Shown here piece by piece: positions 17,251 to 26,126 of a DNA stretch of 28,411 nucleotides. How positions within the stretch are numbered: position 1 is the stretch's first letter; each line of letters begins with the position of its first letter. Source of the DNA: Candidatus Thorarchaeota archaeon (GTDB lineage Archaea > Asgardarchaeota > Thorarchaeia > Thorarchaeales > Thorarchaeaceae); NCBI GenBank assembly GCA_016839445.1, contig JAEOUG010000004.1, positions 1-28,411 of the forward strand, given 5' to 3'. The position numbers and the translations under genes were made by a program. The notes below the pieces were generated by a model. That model searched no databases, was not told where the DNA came from, and was given only the letters and a program-made list of their open reading frames with translations.

Positions 17251-17299
17251 TCGTGGTCGCTCTCCTGTGAAGTGCAGCCTTCTGAATCAAGACTCTGCC

Positions 17300-17307
17300 C
17301 TTTAAGT
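17300..17307 (-). promoter_or_regulatory. Putative TATA box for the ferredoxin-AOR2 unit
   Basis: ACTTAAAG on minus, ~50 nt upstream of ATG 17250, with an ACAGGAGA RBS in between. Confidence 0.35.
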
Positions 17308-17431
17308 TGTTACTCTCTGGCGGCTAGATGTCGCACAAAAGTATTAGTGGTGACTCATCACGGCTTCCTGTACTCAGCGAAGCGTTCGCGTGTCAAGGAA
17401 GGCATTCATGCAACGAAAATGATGTGGGACT

Positions 17432-19240
17432 ATGAGACAATCATTCGAACGAGAGCCGTCCCCACAGAGGAAGCAGTTTCGTCAAGTAGCTGACACCATG
17501 CACATTCCTGTTCTTGAGTTCGACCCACTCCTTCTATTGATGTATGCCAACTCCGCGGCTCTAGATCTGCTGCAGCTCGACAAGAGCACTCTGGAGAAGG
17601 GTGTGCATGTTGACGCGCTCATTGCGCCTGAGCAGCAGGACTTGGTCCATGATGGCCTGAAGAGCCTGAAGAAGGGTGCTGACCCCACCTCAATCTCCCT
17701 TCGAGTTGTAGTCGGAAGCGGTCTCAAGGTTCCAACTCAGGTCTACACGGACAGAATCATCATAGACGGCCGCCTTGCCGGCTATGTCGCATACGTGGTA
17801 GACCTCTCGCGCAGGGCGGCAGCCGAGGAAAAGATACTCTCAAAGATGGAAGTCCTTGAGCTTATCGTAGACTACTACAGCTTTAGCGGCATCATCATTG
17901 TAGATGAGCACTACAGGTTCGAGTATGTCAACGACAAGATGTGCGACATCACGGGTAGACTTCGGAGCGAACTGCTCGGGCATGACTTCCGCGAGTTCCT
18001 ACATCCTGACAGCGTCGACTTGGTAGCAGAACGATATCAGCTGCGGCAGAGGGGAGAAGAAGTACCCTCGATGTACGAGTTCAAGATTCTAAGGAAAGAT
18101 GGCCAGGCTCGGGACATCAGAATGAATGTAGGTGTAATCAAAGGGCGAGACGGGAGAATGAGAACCGTGGCACAACTCCTCGACATCACAGAGGAGAAGG
18201 AGCGAGCCCGACTACTGACAGAGTCCGAGCACCGATATCGCTCTCTTGTTGAAACCATGGATTCTGGGTTGAGTGTGGACAACACAGCGGGGCGAACTGT
18301 CCTTGCCAATGATGCACTTCGGCGCATGCTTGGATATGATTCGATCGAGGACATTGTGGGAATCCCCATCACTGAGATGCTGCTCGGATGGACTGAAAAC
18401 GACGTAAAGACGAAGCTGGACGCGAGGAAACTTGGAAAGATAGAGCACTATGAGGCCCAGCTCAAGCACAAGTCAGGAGCGTCTGTGCCCGTCATGGTAT
18501 CCGCTTCTCCCCTTTTCGGGCCCGACAATGAGTACCTAGGAAGCATGGCGGTATTCACTGATGTTTCAGAGCTGAAGGGAGCAGAGGCCGAGGTCCACTT
18601 CCTGCTAGACCTACTGCTCCATGACATTGGCAATCAGCTCCAGCTGATTCTTGCTGGGGGCGACTTCCTCACTCCTGATGTTGATTCTGCACAGATTGAG
18701 CGTTCGCGTCGGTACATCCTGGATGGGGCAAATCGATGCCTCGAGCTCATACAGAAGGTCCGAAGGGCTGAGGAATCTAAGGAAGAGCCACTACGTCCTG
18801 TCAACATCGCAAAGGTGATTCGCACCGAAGCCGAACTCGTCTACAGGCAGAGAGGCGTTCAGGTGGACCTAGGTGACCTGAATGATCACATTCTAGTTCT
18901 GGCTGATCAGGCCGCCTCACAGCTATTATGGAACCTTCTGGAGAACGCAGTTGTACACAACAATCTCGACCCTCAGAACAAGCTGGTCAAGGTGAGAGGT
19001 CGTGTCTACGGGGACACCTTCATGCTCTCAGTAGCAGACAATGGTCCTGGACTGAGCGACTCAAAGAAGGCCGAGCTCTTCGACCCGTCACGCCGCTACG
19101 GCGGAGTCGGACTCCATCTTGTACGTCGTCTGGTTGAGAAGTACGGTGGCACCGTTGAGGTCACAGACCGTGTCAGAGGGAAGCCGGAGCACGGTCTGAA
19201 GTTCGTGATTCGCCTGCAGATGGCCGAGCAGGCAAGCTGA
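17432..19240 (+). CDS. Cytoplasmic multi-PAS sensor histidine kinase
   Basis: Three PAS/PAC-like repeats (YANSAAL; YVNDKMCDITG...FLHPD; LANDALRRMLGY), H-box HDIGNQL, N-box NLLENAVVH, DNGPG, GGVGL. Confidence 0.9.
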   Translation: MRQSFEREPSPQRKQFRQVADTMHIPVLEFDPLLLLMYANSAALDLLQLDKSTLEKGVHVDALIAPEQQDLVHDGLKSLKKGADPTSISLRVVVGSGLKVPTQVYTDRIIIDGRLAGYVAYVVDLSRRAAAEEKILSKMEVLELIVDYYSFSGIIIVDEHYRFEYVNDKMCDITGRLRSELLGHDFREFLHPDSVDLVAERYQLRQRGEEVPSMYEFKILRKDGQARDIRMNVGVIKGRDGRMRTVAQLLDITEEKERARLLTESEHRYRSLVETMDSGLSVDNTAGRTVLANDALRRMLGYDSIEDIVGIPITEMLLGWTENDVKTKLDARKLGKIEHYEAQLKHKSGASVPVMVSASPLFGPDNEYLGSMAVFTDVSELKGAEAEVHFLLDLLLHDIGNQLQLILAGGDFLTPDVDSAQIERSRRYILDGANRCLELIQKVRRAEESKEEPLRPVNIAKVIRTEAELVYRQRGVQVDLGDLNDHILVLADQAASQLLWNLLENAVVHNNLDPQNKLVKVRGRVYGDTFMLSVADNGPGLSDSKKAELFDPSRRYGGVGLHLVRRLVEKYGGTVEVTDRVRGKPEHGLKFVIRLQMAEQAS

Positions 19241-19305
19241 ACGCGCTACCAAAATCGTTATGTCAATCATCCATCAGTGTCTGCTCCGCAAGGGAGGACT
19301 AGGAC

Positions 19306-20700
19306 ATGACTGAAGGATCAATCCTGATCAATAATGGTTACATTCTCACCATGGATGATAGACGCGAGATAATCAAGCATGGCTCTGTCTACATTGAGGA
19401 TGGCAAGATTGTTGAGCTCAACAAGACAGACAACATGGTGAAACGCACCGCTGACGTTGTTATTGATGCACATCACAAGCTGGTCATGCCCGGCCTGATT
19501 GACACACACATGCATCTGGCTCAGGCTCTGATTCGCGGATGCGCTGATGACGTGTCACTTGTTGACTGGCTGAAGAAGTACGTCTGGGTGCTGCAGGGCA
19601 ATTTCACAGAAGAAGATGGAAGGGTTTCCACAGAGCTCTGCATGGCAGAAATGATCCGCACTGGAACTACGTCCTTCTTGGAATGCATGATTCACTCGAG
19701 GTACGGCTTCAACGGAATTGCGGAAGCCGTTGAGAAGGCGGGAATGAGGGCTGCCCTCTCAAAGATAATCATGGACTCAACAGGCTACGCTGACAGCGAG
19801 GATATCATGTACGACGGCATGATAGAGAGTAAAGATGAATGCCTCAGAGAGACCGAGGACATGTATCAGAAGTGGCATGGTAATGCAGAGGGCCGAATAC
19901 AAGTCTGGTACGGCCTCCGGTCACTCGGTGCCGTCAGTCCCGATCTCTTCCGCGAGGTTTCTCGACTAGCTAGGGAAAAGCAGACCCACATGACCATGCA
20001 CCTTGGAGAGGTTGTCGATGACGTGAGATACGTCCGGGAGAACTTCGGAACGAACCTCACTGGATTTGCGCGCGACCACAACCTGCTGGGACCAGACATG
20101 GTCTTCGCACATGGGATACATTTCGAGGATGAAGAGCTGGAGGTTCTGGCGAAGACGCGGTCTAACATTGCTCACTGCCCCGCCAGCAACACGAAGTTGG
20201 CCTCGGGTTTTGCGAAGGTTCCAAAGATGCTGAAGGCAGGTGTGCCTGTGTCTCTGGGATGCGACGGAGGGCCCAGCAATAATACGTATGACATGGTTCG
20301 TGAGATGCGCCTGGCTGCACTGATCCACAAACCCGTGGCGAATGACCCTCTAGTTGTCAGTGCGGAACAGGTCATCGAGATGGCGACACTCGGAGGGGCT
20401 GCCGCTCTAGGATTGAGTGACAAGATTGGGTCCATCGAGCTCGGGAAGCTGGCTGATATCATCCTCGTCGATTTGGACGACATTGGCCTAACACCAGCTA
20501 GCAATCCTGTATCGAATATTGTGTACTCAGGGAGTGGCTACGCTGTTGACACAACCATCGTGAACGGTCAGGTTCTCATGCAGGGGAAGAAACTACTCAC
20601 TCTGGATGAGGAAGAGATCAAGAGGAAGGCTCGCTTCCATAGTGAGAGGCTTCTTGAGAGGTCGGGTGTTGACATCAGCCCGAAGTGGCCTATTCGTTGA
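19306..20700 (+). CDS. Amidohydrolase-superfamily deaminase (8-oxoguanine/guanine/MtaD-like)
   Basis: MPGLIDTHMHLAQ, TMHLGE, AHCPASNTKLASG, LGCDG, ATLGGA, GSIELGKLAD. GGAGG RBS. Confidence 0.9.
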   Translation: MTEGSILINNGYILTMDDRREIIKHGSVYIEDGKIVELNKTDNMVKRTADVVIDAHHKLVMPGLIDTHMHLAQALIRGCADDVSLVDWLKKYVWVLQGNFTEEDGRVSTELCMAEMIRTGTTSFLECMIHSRYGFNGIAEAVEKAGMRAALSKIIMDSTGYADSEDIMYDGMIESKDECLRETEDMYQKWHGNAEGRIQVWYGLRSLGAVSPDLFREVSRLAREKQTHMTMHLGEVVDDVRYVRENFGTNLTGFARDHNLLGPDMVFAHGIHFEDEELEVLAKTRSNIAHCPASNTKLASGFAKVPKMLKAGVPVSLGCDGGPSNNTYDMVREMRLAALIHKPVANDPLVVSAEQVIEMATLGGAAALGLSDKIGSIELGKLADIILVDLDDIGLTPASNPVSNIVYSGSGYAVDTTIVNGQVLMQGKKLLTLDEEEIKRKARFHSERLLERSGVDISPKWPIR

Positions 20701-20704
20701 GCAC

Positions 20705-21940
20705 CTATGCTATGATAGCCTCTCTCTCGAACATCTTCGCCCCTATGATGAGCGTGACTATGGTGAACGCCACCATGTAGATGACGTTGATTGACAACGC
20801 TGCTATGTTTGGATACGGCGAGAGCACTCCATTGAGGAACATTATCGCATGGCTGAACGGAATGAACCACACAAAGGCTCCAAACAGGCCCCCAAACTGC
20901 GAGATGCTCCCTGTAAATCCGAGGATACCAATCACCATCGTGGGGACCAGAAGGACAAGATTGTTGACTGATTCCGATGTCGCCTGATCCTTGGCCATTG
21001 TGGAAATGACAATGCCAATACCGATTGCGCACAATAGCACTAGGAACTGGCAGAACACGATAAGTGGGATGGAGGTCGTGCTGACGCTGTAGTATGCAAT
21101 CTGGGCTGCGCTGTCGAGACTCCCTAGGGCACGCACGATGACAAGGTAGTTGAAGGCCACTATACCCACTACCGTGAATATCGAATAGAACGCGGATAGC
21201 AGAATGCCTGCCACTAGCTTGGCTCCAAGTATCCGCAGCCTGCTCAGCGGCACCACAAGAAGAGCCTCGAGAGTGTGCTGCTCTCGTTCTCCGGCAAATG
21301 ACTTGCTCACATATGGGCTTGGCGCGAGTACTGAGGTAATCATCACCAAGAAGATTGCCAGCTGGTGTCCGTAACTAGCTTCTGCGGCTGGGGGCGTACG
21401 GCGATCGATGTTAAGATCCGTCACACGAACCTGCCACTGTGAGAATATCGCGACTCTCTCTGCCGCAGCACTTGCCTTGAAGCTGCCTGTGTTGACGTAG
21501 ATGATTAGGGTCGTCACGTTATACTGCTGAAGAAATGACGTGAAGTTGGCGGGTATGTAGACCCATACCGGTGCTGTACGGTTGTTCCATGACGCCAAGC
21601 CATCTTGAGCAGAAACCGTTGTAAGGTTTGAGAATTTCAGGAACCTCTGGTTCTCAGGTAGCAGCCTCTCGTACTGATATTGAGCAACTATTGAATCGTA
21701 GAGATTCTGCCCCGCAGTATTGTTTGCGTATGGGTCCTCGATGGTGATGTAGACGTGCTCTGGTTCAATGGCCTGAGCGAATAGGAAGTTGAGGAAGAAT
21801 CCCTGAAATGTCCAAGCGAAGAGCGGGCTAAGCATGAAGCCAAAAAGCAGCCATCGAGAACGGAAGATGGATTTGAGTTCCTTCTTCAGGAGCCAGACTG
21901 TCTTCTCTCCGTTCTTCTTCCTCCTCCTGCTCTCGTTCAC
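20705..21940 (-). CDS. ABC-2 type exporter permease (NatB-like)
   Basis: KKELKSIFR, large extracellular loop, FAGEREQHTLEALLVVP, ~6 TM helices; overlaps the ATPase stop. Confidence 0.88.
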   Translation of the reverse strand: MNESRRRKKNGEKTVWLLKKELKSIFRSRWLLFGFMLSPLFAWTFQGFFLNFLFAQAIEPEHVYITIEDPYANNTAGQNLYDSIVAQYQYERLLPENQRFLKFSNLTTVSAQDGLASWNNRTAPVWVYIPANFTSFLQQYNVTTLIIYVNTGSFKASAAAERVAIFSQWQVRVTDLNIDRRTPPAAEASYGHQLAIFLVMITSVLAPSPYVSKSFAGEREQHTLEALLVVPLSRLRILGAKLVAGILLSAFYSIFTVVGIVAFNYLVIVRALGSLDSAAQIAYYSVSTTSIPLIVFCQFLVLLCAIGIGIVISTMAKDQATSESVNNLVLLVPTMVIGILGFTGSISQFGGLFGAFVWFIPFSHAIMFLNGVLSPYPNIAALSINVIYMVAFTIVTLIIGAKMFEREAIIA

Positions 21941-22716
21941 TCCGCGTACACCCCCTCCCCTGTCACGAGCCCTGTGAAGACCTCCTCAAGGTTTGCCGCT
22001 CTGAACTTCTCTTCCAGTTCAGATGACTTGCCGACTGCTGCAAGCTTGCCCTCATTCAGAATCCCTACTCTGTCACACAGCTCTCCTATCTCATTGAGGT
22101 CGTGAGTGGTCAAGATGATGGTCAGCTGTTCCTCCTTGCTCAGCTTCTTCAAGAGGTTGCGAACGACGCGTGCGCCAATGGTGTCTATTCCCGTCGTTGG
22201 CTCGTCCAGAAATATGATCTCAGGTTCTATGATGAGCGCTCGGGCAACCAGCACCTTGCGCTTCATTCCCCCGCTGAACCCCTTCACTTGGTAGTCCTTC
22301 TTTTCTAGGAGGCCCACGGTCTCAAGAAGGGAGTCAGCTCTCTCATAAAGCTCCTCTTTCGGGATACCGTAGAGGCCACCGTAGTAGACCAGATTCTCCT
22401 GTGCCGTGAGTCTGTCGTAGATGCCCGCCTCCTGAGGTAGTAGAGCTACTCTCTCTCGGATATCGTCGATCTCCTTGACTACATCCCTGCCCAACACGGA
22501 GGCATTTCCGGCCGTGGGAGTCAAGAGACCTACAAGTATTCGAATCAGTGTCGTCTTGCCAGCTCCGTTTGGGCCCAGCAGACCAAAGACCTCACCCTTC
22601 CGTATCTCTAGGTCCACATTGTCAAGAGCAATGACCTCACGCTTCTTACCCTTCTCGAAGATCTTGGTGAGTCCCTCTGTTCTGATTACGACCTCGCTCT
22701 CCATATCTAACATCAC
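21937..22716 (-). CDS. ABC transporter ATP-binding protein
   Basis: Walker A GPNGAGKTT, signature FSGGM, Walker B IIFLDEPT, H-loop TTH. Confidence 0.93.
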   Translation of the reverse strand: MMLDMESEVVIRTEGLTKIFEKGKKREVIALDNVDLEIRKGEVFGLLGPNGAGKTTLIRILVGLLTPTAGNASVLGRDVVKEIDDIRERVALLPQEAGIYDRLTAQENLVYYGGLYGIPKEELYERADSLLETVGLLEKKDYQVKGFSGGMKRKVLVARALIIEPEIIFLDEPTTGIDTIGARVVRNLLKKLSKEEQLTIILTTHDLNEIGELCDRVGILNEGKLAAVGKSSELEEKFRAANLEEVFTGLVTGEGVYAE

Positions 22717-23480
22717 ACCACATGATCGACCTCTGGGAAGGGCGGTTCTCCCTTCACATCCTTAAGGAACTCGTAGGCCGCAAGAATCTCGCCTTCCGTT
22801 CCTTCGATGAACAATGTGACTGACCCCTCTGCACCATTCACGCCGCCTGCAGATATCGGTGCTGCGTCAACTCCGAAGAGTGCCTCCAGAGCGTCTATCT
22901 CAGTGAAGGCGACTCCCTCTGTGACACCGGCTATGCCTACGGGCGTACCGATGCTGTATTCCCAGTCATCCTTTCCAAACTGTCCGCAAATCTCTTCATA
23001 GGCCACAGGGATGGACTTCTCCAGTCCAACGGGCATGATGATCTTGATGTTCCTTGAGAGGGCTGCACCGATGAAGGAGCCCCATGTGCCTCCTGTGTCA
23101 CTCGCGAGGAGAATCAGCGGGACGTAGTTCTCATCGAGTCCGTTCGCGCCCTTGATGATAACATCGTTCGGGCCCATTTGCTCGAGAACGTCCTTCACCT
23201 TCTTGCCCTCAAGGTACTCGCCCTTGTGGAATATCGCGTCAAATGCCCGCTTCTTGGGGTCCGTGACTGCTAGGCCCTTCGGCACTACAATACCAGCGAT
23301 GTGCTTGGTCTTGTCGTATTCTCCAAGTATTTCTTCTACTAGATACGCCGAGGTTGTGCCAAGAGTGATGCAGAGATAACCACTCTTGAGGGCCTCTTTG
23401 ATGAGATCGGTTGCCAAGAGCCCCTTTGCTATGAGTCTCTTGCCTTCAGCAGGTGTTAGTGTGACCAGGAGTTTCGTCAT
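22713..23480 (-). CDS. Conserved hypothetical protein (possible NagB/RpiA/CoA-transferase-like fold)
   Basis: 255 aa with GAGGAG RBS, 4-bp overlap with the ABC ATPase; LTPAEGKRLIAKG, GTTSAY, IKGANGLD, GGT, PVGLEK, AGGVNGAEG look like conserved motifs. Fold assignment is a guess. Confidence 0.7.
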   Translation of the reverse strand: MTKLLVTLTPAEGKRLIAKGLLATDLIKEALKSGYLCITLGTTSAYLVEEILGEYDKTKHIAGIVVPKGLAVTDPKKRAFDAIFHKGEYLEGKKVKDVLEQMGPNDVIIKGANGLDENYVPLILLASDTGGTWGSFIGAALSRNIKIIMPVGLEKSIPVAYEEICGQFGKDDWEYSIGTPVGIAGVTEGVAFTEIDALEALFGVDAAPISAGGVNGAEGSVTLFIEGTEGEILAAYEFLKDVKGEPPFPEVDHVV

Positions 23481-23667
23481 TGTGGCTCTCTCCTCTCGAC
23501 ATCACTTCACCATATCACTCTGTTGGCTCCGATGCCACCTCCCACTATGGGGTCCTGAGATTACAGCCCGTTGAGCTAACTATTGATAGCTGCACATGCC
23601 CGCGGGCCCTGCAAATCCGAGGTCCAATCCAGCAACGTATGATTTCTCCAGAAAACCGAAACACCTT

Positions 23668-24627
23668 ATGCGACAAAGCGCTCCACTTCGAGATACAGGT
23701 GATGCAGTGGAACGAAGCAGTGTTCTGGAGATCCTTAGGATTGGTCACGAGATTCTGAAATCGGGCACTCCTGAGTTGCACGACCGTGTCCATGCACTGG
23801 GAATGATGTTCTATGGTGCATCTGAGCATGATAGGCAAGCGTCACAGCTTGCCGCGGCCATGCTGGGCGTTCCCCTTGTCGATCTGAGCTGGAGCGATGC
23901 CGGGGCGAAGTCATCACGTCTCCTCCTCGAAGAAGTCAGGATGGCTTCCAAGGCGGTTGACCTTCTGGTCACCTGTTTCTCTGAGTCCGAGACCTTCGGC
24001 GATGGTTATGAGGTGTCAAGAGGGTTCAGCAGCGCATCGGATGTCCCAGTTGTCAACGTGGCTGACGACATACTAGGCTGGCAGTCTGCCCTAACCCATC
24101 TCTTGGGATTCGAGGAGCGACGTGGGGATCTCTCGGGTCGGCAGTTAGTCGTCTCATGGGGATTCGGATCATCGTTCTCTAGGCCAACCACTGCACACAG
24201 CCTAGTCCTGGGAGGTCTTATGGTTGGTGCCAATGTGAGAATCGTAAGCCCTCCTGAGTTCTCTCTGATGAACAGGATTCGAAGCAAGGCAACGAAACAG
24301 GCATCAGATCTCGGCCTCACGTTCGAGCAGCTCCATGAGTTCGACGGCGCCTTGGCAGGAGCGGATGCGATTTTCGCATCTAACTGGTTGAGGCTTGATG
24401 ACTATAATCACCCGGAGCGACACTGGGCCTCTGCAAAGGAATACCAAGACTGGTGCATAACGCCGGACAACCTGCCGCAGGACTGCATCTTCTCTACTGA
24501 GCCTCCCCTGCAGCCTGAGCTCCTGTACAGCCCTGCAATGGTAGAAGATCCGAGGAACATAACATCCGGTTGGCTGTCTCGGCGAGCCATCACTTTGGCG
24601 GCAAGTACACTACACTCATTGCGGTGA
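23668..24627 (+). CDS. Divergent YgeW/ornithine-carbamoyltransferase-like protein, catalytic motifs degenerate
   Basis: Collinear with the ATCase/OTCase fold (VPVVN, LVVSWGFGSSFSRP, VRIVSPPEF, ADAIFASNW, DWCIT). Start uncertain: ATG 23596, ATG 23668, or GTG 23707 (after an AGGTGA RBS). Confidence 0.75.
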   Translation: MRQSAPLRDTGDAVERSSVLEILRIGHEILKSGTPELHDRVHALGMMFYGASEHDRQASQLAAAMLGVPLVDLSWSDAGAKSSRLLLEEVRMASKAVDLLVTCFSESETFGDGYEVSRGFSSASDVPVVNVADDILGWQSALTHLLGFEERRGDLSGRQLVVSWGFGSSFSRPTTAHSLVLGGLMVGANVRIVSPPEFSLMNRIRSKATKQASDLGLTFEQLHEFDGALAGADAIFASNWLRLDDYNHPERHWASAKEYQDWCITPDNLPQDCIFSTEPPLQPELLYSPAMVEDPRNITSGWLSRRAITLAASTLHSLR

Positions 24628-24638
24628 CCTCACAGAGC

Positions 24639-24644
24639 TTTTAT
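24639..24644 (+). promoter_or_regulatory. Putative TATA box for the pflX-like gene
   Basis: TTTTAT ~27-32 nt upstream of ATG 24671, spacing typical of a leaderless or short-leader archaeal transcript. Confidence 0.4.
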
Positions 24645-24670
24645 CGAAAGGTCTCAGGTGTTGTAGTGAC

Positions 24671-25774
24671 ATGTGGCGTCTAGTGAGACCGGATGCAGCT
24701 CGAGTATGGAAGAATCCCGAGACCCTTCGCAGACTGGGCCGTTACAGGAAGATCATCGACCTGGAACGAATTGCCAAGTACCTACTAGCGAAGGGTGCTG
24801 AGTGCGAGATACCACTGGACTCAAGCACAGAGGACCTTTGGAACGCCCATACTGCGCTCTCCCACGAATTCAGTGCGTTGGTTGAGAGTGTTGACTCTGG
24901 GCAGACTGCGCCTGGCTCTCTTCCTGATCAGAGCGGGTCGTTTCTGAAACTCAAGATTGAGCTCGCCCAGAGGATTCTCGCCGACTGCCACTTCTGTGAG
25001 CGCCGTTGTGGCGCTGATCGAACCCGTGACGAGAAGGGCTGGTGCAGGCTGGGTTCAGAGTCTCGTGTATCCTCAGCCTTTCTTCACACCGGCGAAGAGG
25101 CACCGCTGGTCCCCAGCGGGACCATATTCTTCTCGTCGTGTTGCTTCGGATGTGTCTTCTGTCAGAATGACGACATCTCGACAAACCCGAACTCGGGCCA
25201 TGTCGTTGACCCCAAGGGCTTGGCCAGTATTGCAGGCGCTCTCTTCAGAGATGGCGCCCTCAACATCAACTACGTTGGTGGGGACCCTATCCCTAACACA
25301 CACACGATTCTCGCGTCCATGGAACACCAGACTGACAACGTTACTCAGCTCTGGAACTCAAACCTCTATTGCTCTGAGGAAACCATGAGGCTTCTTGTAG
25401 ACGTATTCGATGTGTGGCTCCCCGATTTCAAGTATGGGAACAACGAGTGTGGACTTCGACTCTCCGGAGTCAAGAACTACTTCGATGTGGTGTCAAGAAA
25501 CCACCTGAAAGCCTATGACTACGGAGAAGTAATCATACGTCACCTGGTCATGCCGAACCACCTCGAGTGTTGTACACTCCCCATCTTGGAGTGGATCTCA
25601 AAGAACATGCCTGACTGCATTGTGAACATCATGGGTCAGTATAGGCCTGAGCACAAGGTGCGTAGAAGCCCGGAACGCTATCCGGACATCACAAGGAGGG
25701 TCAATCGAGAGGAGATGGACCTAGCCCTTTCCACGGCTGATGAACTCGGGATCTGCTGGCGTCCTGCAAGCTAA
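24671..25774 (+). CDS. pflX: Radical SAM protein, PflX family
   Basis: CHFCERRC...GWC, HTGEE...PSGTIFF, CCFGCVFCQN (CxxxCxxC), NINYVGGDP, DFKYGN, IIRHLVMP, NIMGQYRP. Confidence 0.88.
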   Translation: MWRLVRPDAARVWKNPETLRRLGRYRKIIDLERIAKYLLAKGAECEIPLDSSTEDLWNAHTALSHEFSALVESVDSGQTAPGSLPDQSGSFLKLKIELAQRILADCHFCERRCGADRTRDEKGWCRLGSESRVSSAFLHTGEEAPLVPSGTIFFSSCCFGCVFCQNDDISTNPNSGHVVDPKGLASIAGALFRDGALNINYVGGDPIPNTHTILASMEHQTDNVTQLWNSNLYCSEETMRLLVDVFDVWLPDFKYGNNECGLRLSGVKNYFDVVSRNHLKAYDYGEVIIRHLVMPNHLECCTLPILEWISKNMPDCIVNIMGQYRPEHKVRRSPERYPDITRRVNREEMDLALSTADELGICWRPAS

Positions 25775-25830
25775 CGCGGCCACTTCATAAGATTCTAAAG
25801 AAGACATTCGAAGACCTTTCTTGAACTCAC

Positions 25831-26070
25831 ATGTGTCTTGCAGTTCCCGCCCGCGTTGAAGCAATTGATGGTGACTTCGCAGATGTAGACTTCGGTGGAA
25901 CTCGCAAGAAGGTCTGCGTGTCGCTCCTCCAAGACTTGAAGATTGGAGAGTATGTCATAGTCCACACCGGCTACGCCATAGAGAAGATGAAGCCTGAAGA
26001 GGCCAAGAAGACACTGGCGCTCTTCGAGGAGATGGCTCAAATGGCTTCGGCAATGGACCCGGAGCAGTAG
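25831..26070 (+). CDS. hypC: Hydrogenase maturation chaperone HypC
   Basis: MCLAVP N-terminus, VDFGG, GEYVIVHTGYAI. Confidence 0.95.
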   Translation: MCLAVPARVEAIDGDFADVDFGGTRKKVCVSLLQDLKIGEYVIVHTGYAIEKMKPEEAKKTLALFEEMAQMASAMDPEQ

Positions 26071-26126
26071 CGGGGTTCGATTGACAATCCTTTTGAACAG
26101 ACCAGTTAACGTCTAGGTCGAGCATC

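Noticed and set aside
26070-26095. GGGGTTCGATT resembles a tRNA T-loop
   Set aside because: No T-stem, acceptor stem or room for a tRNA in the 56-bp gap.
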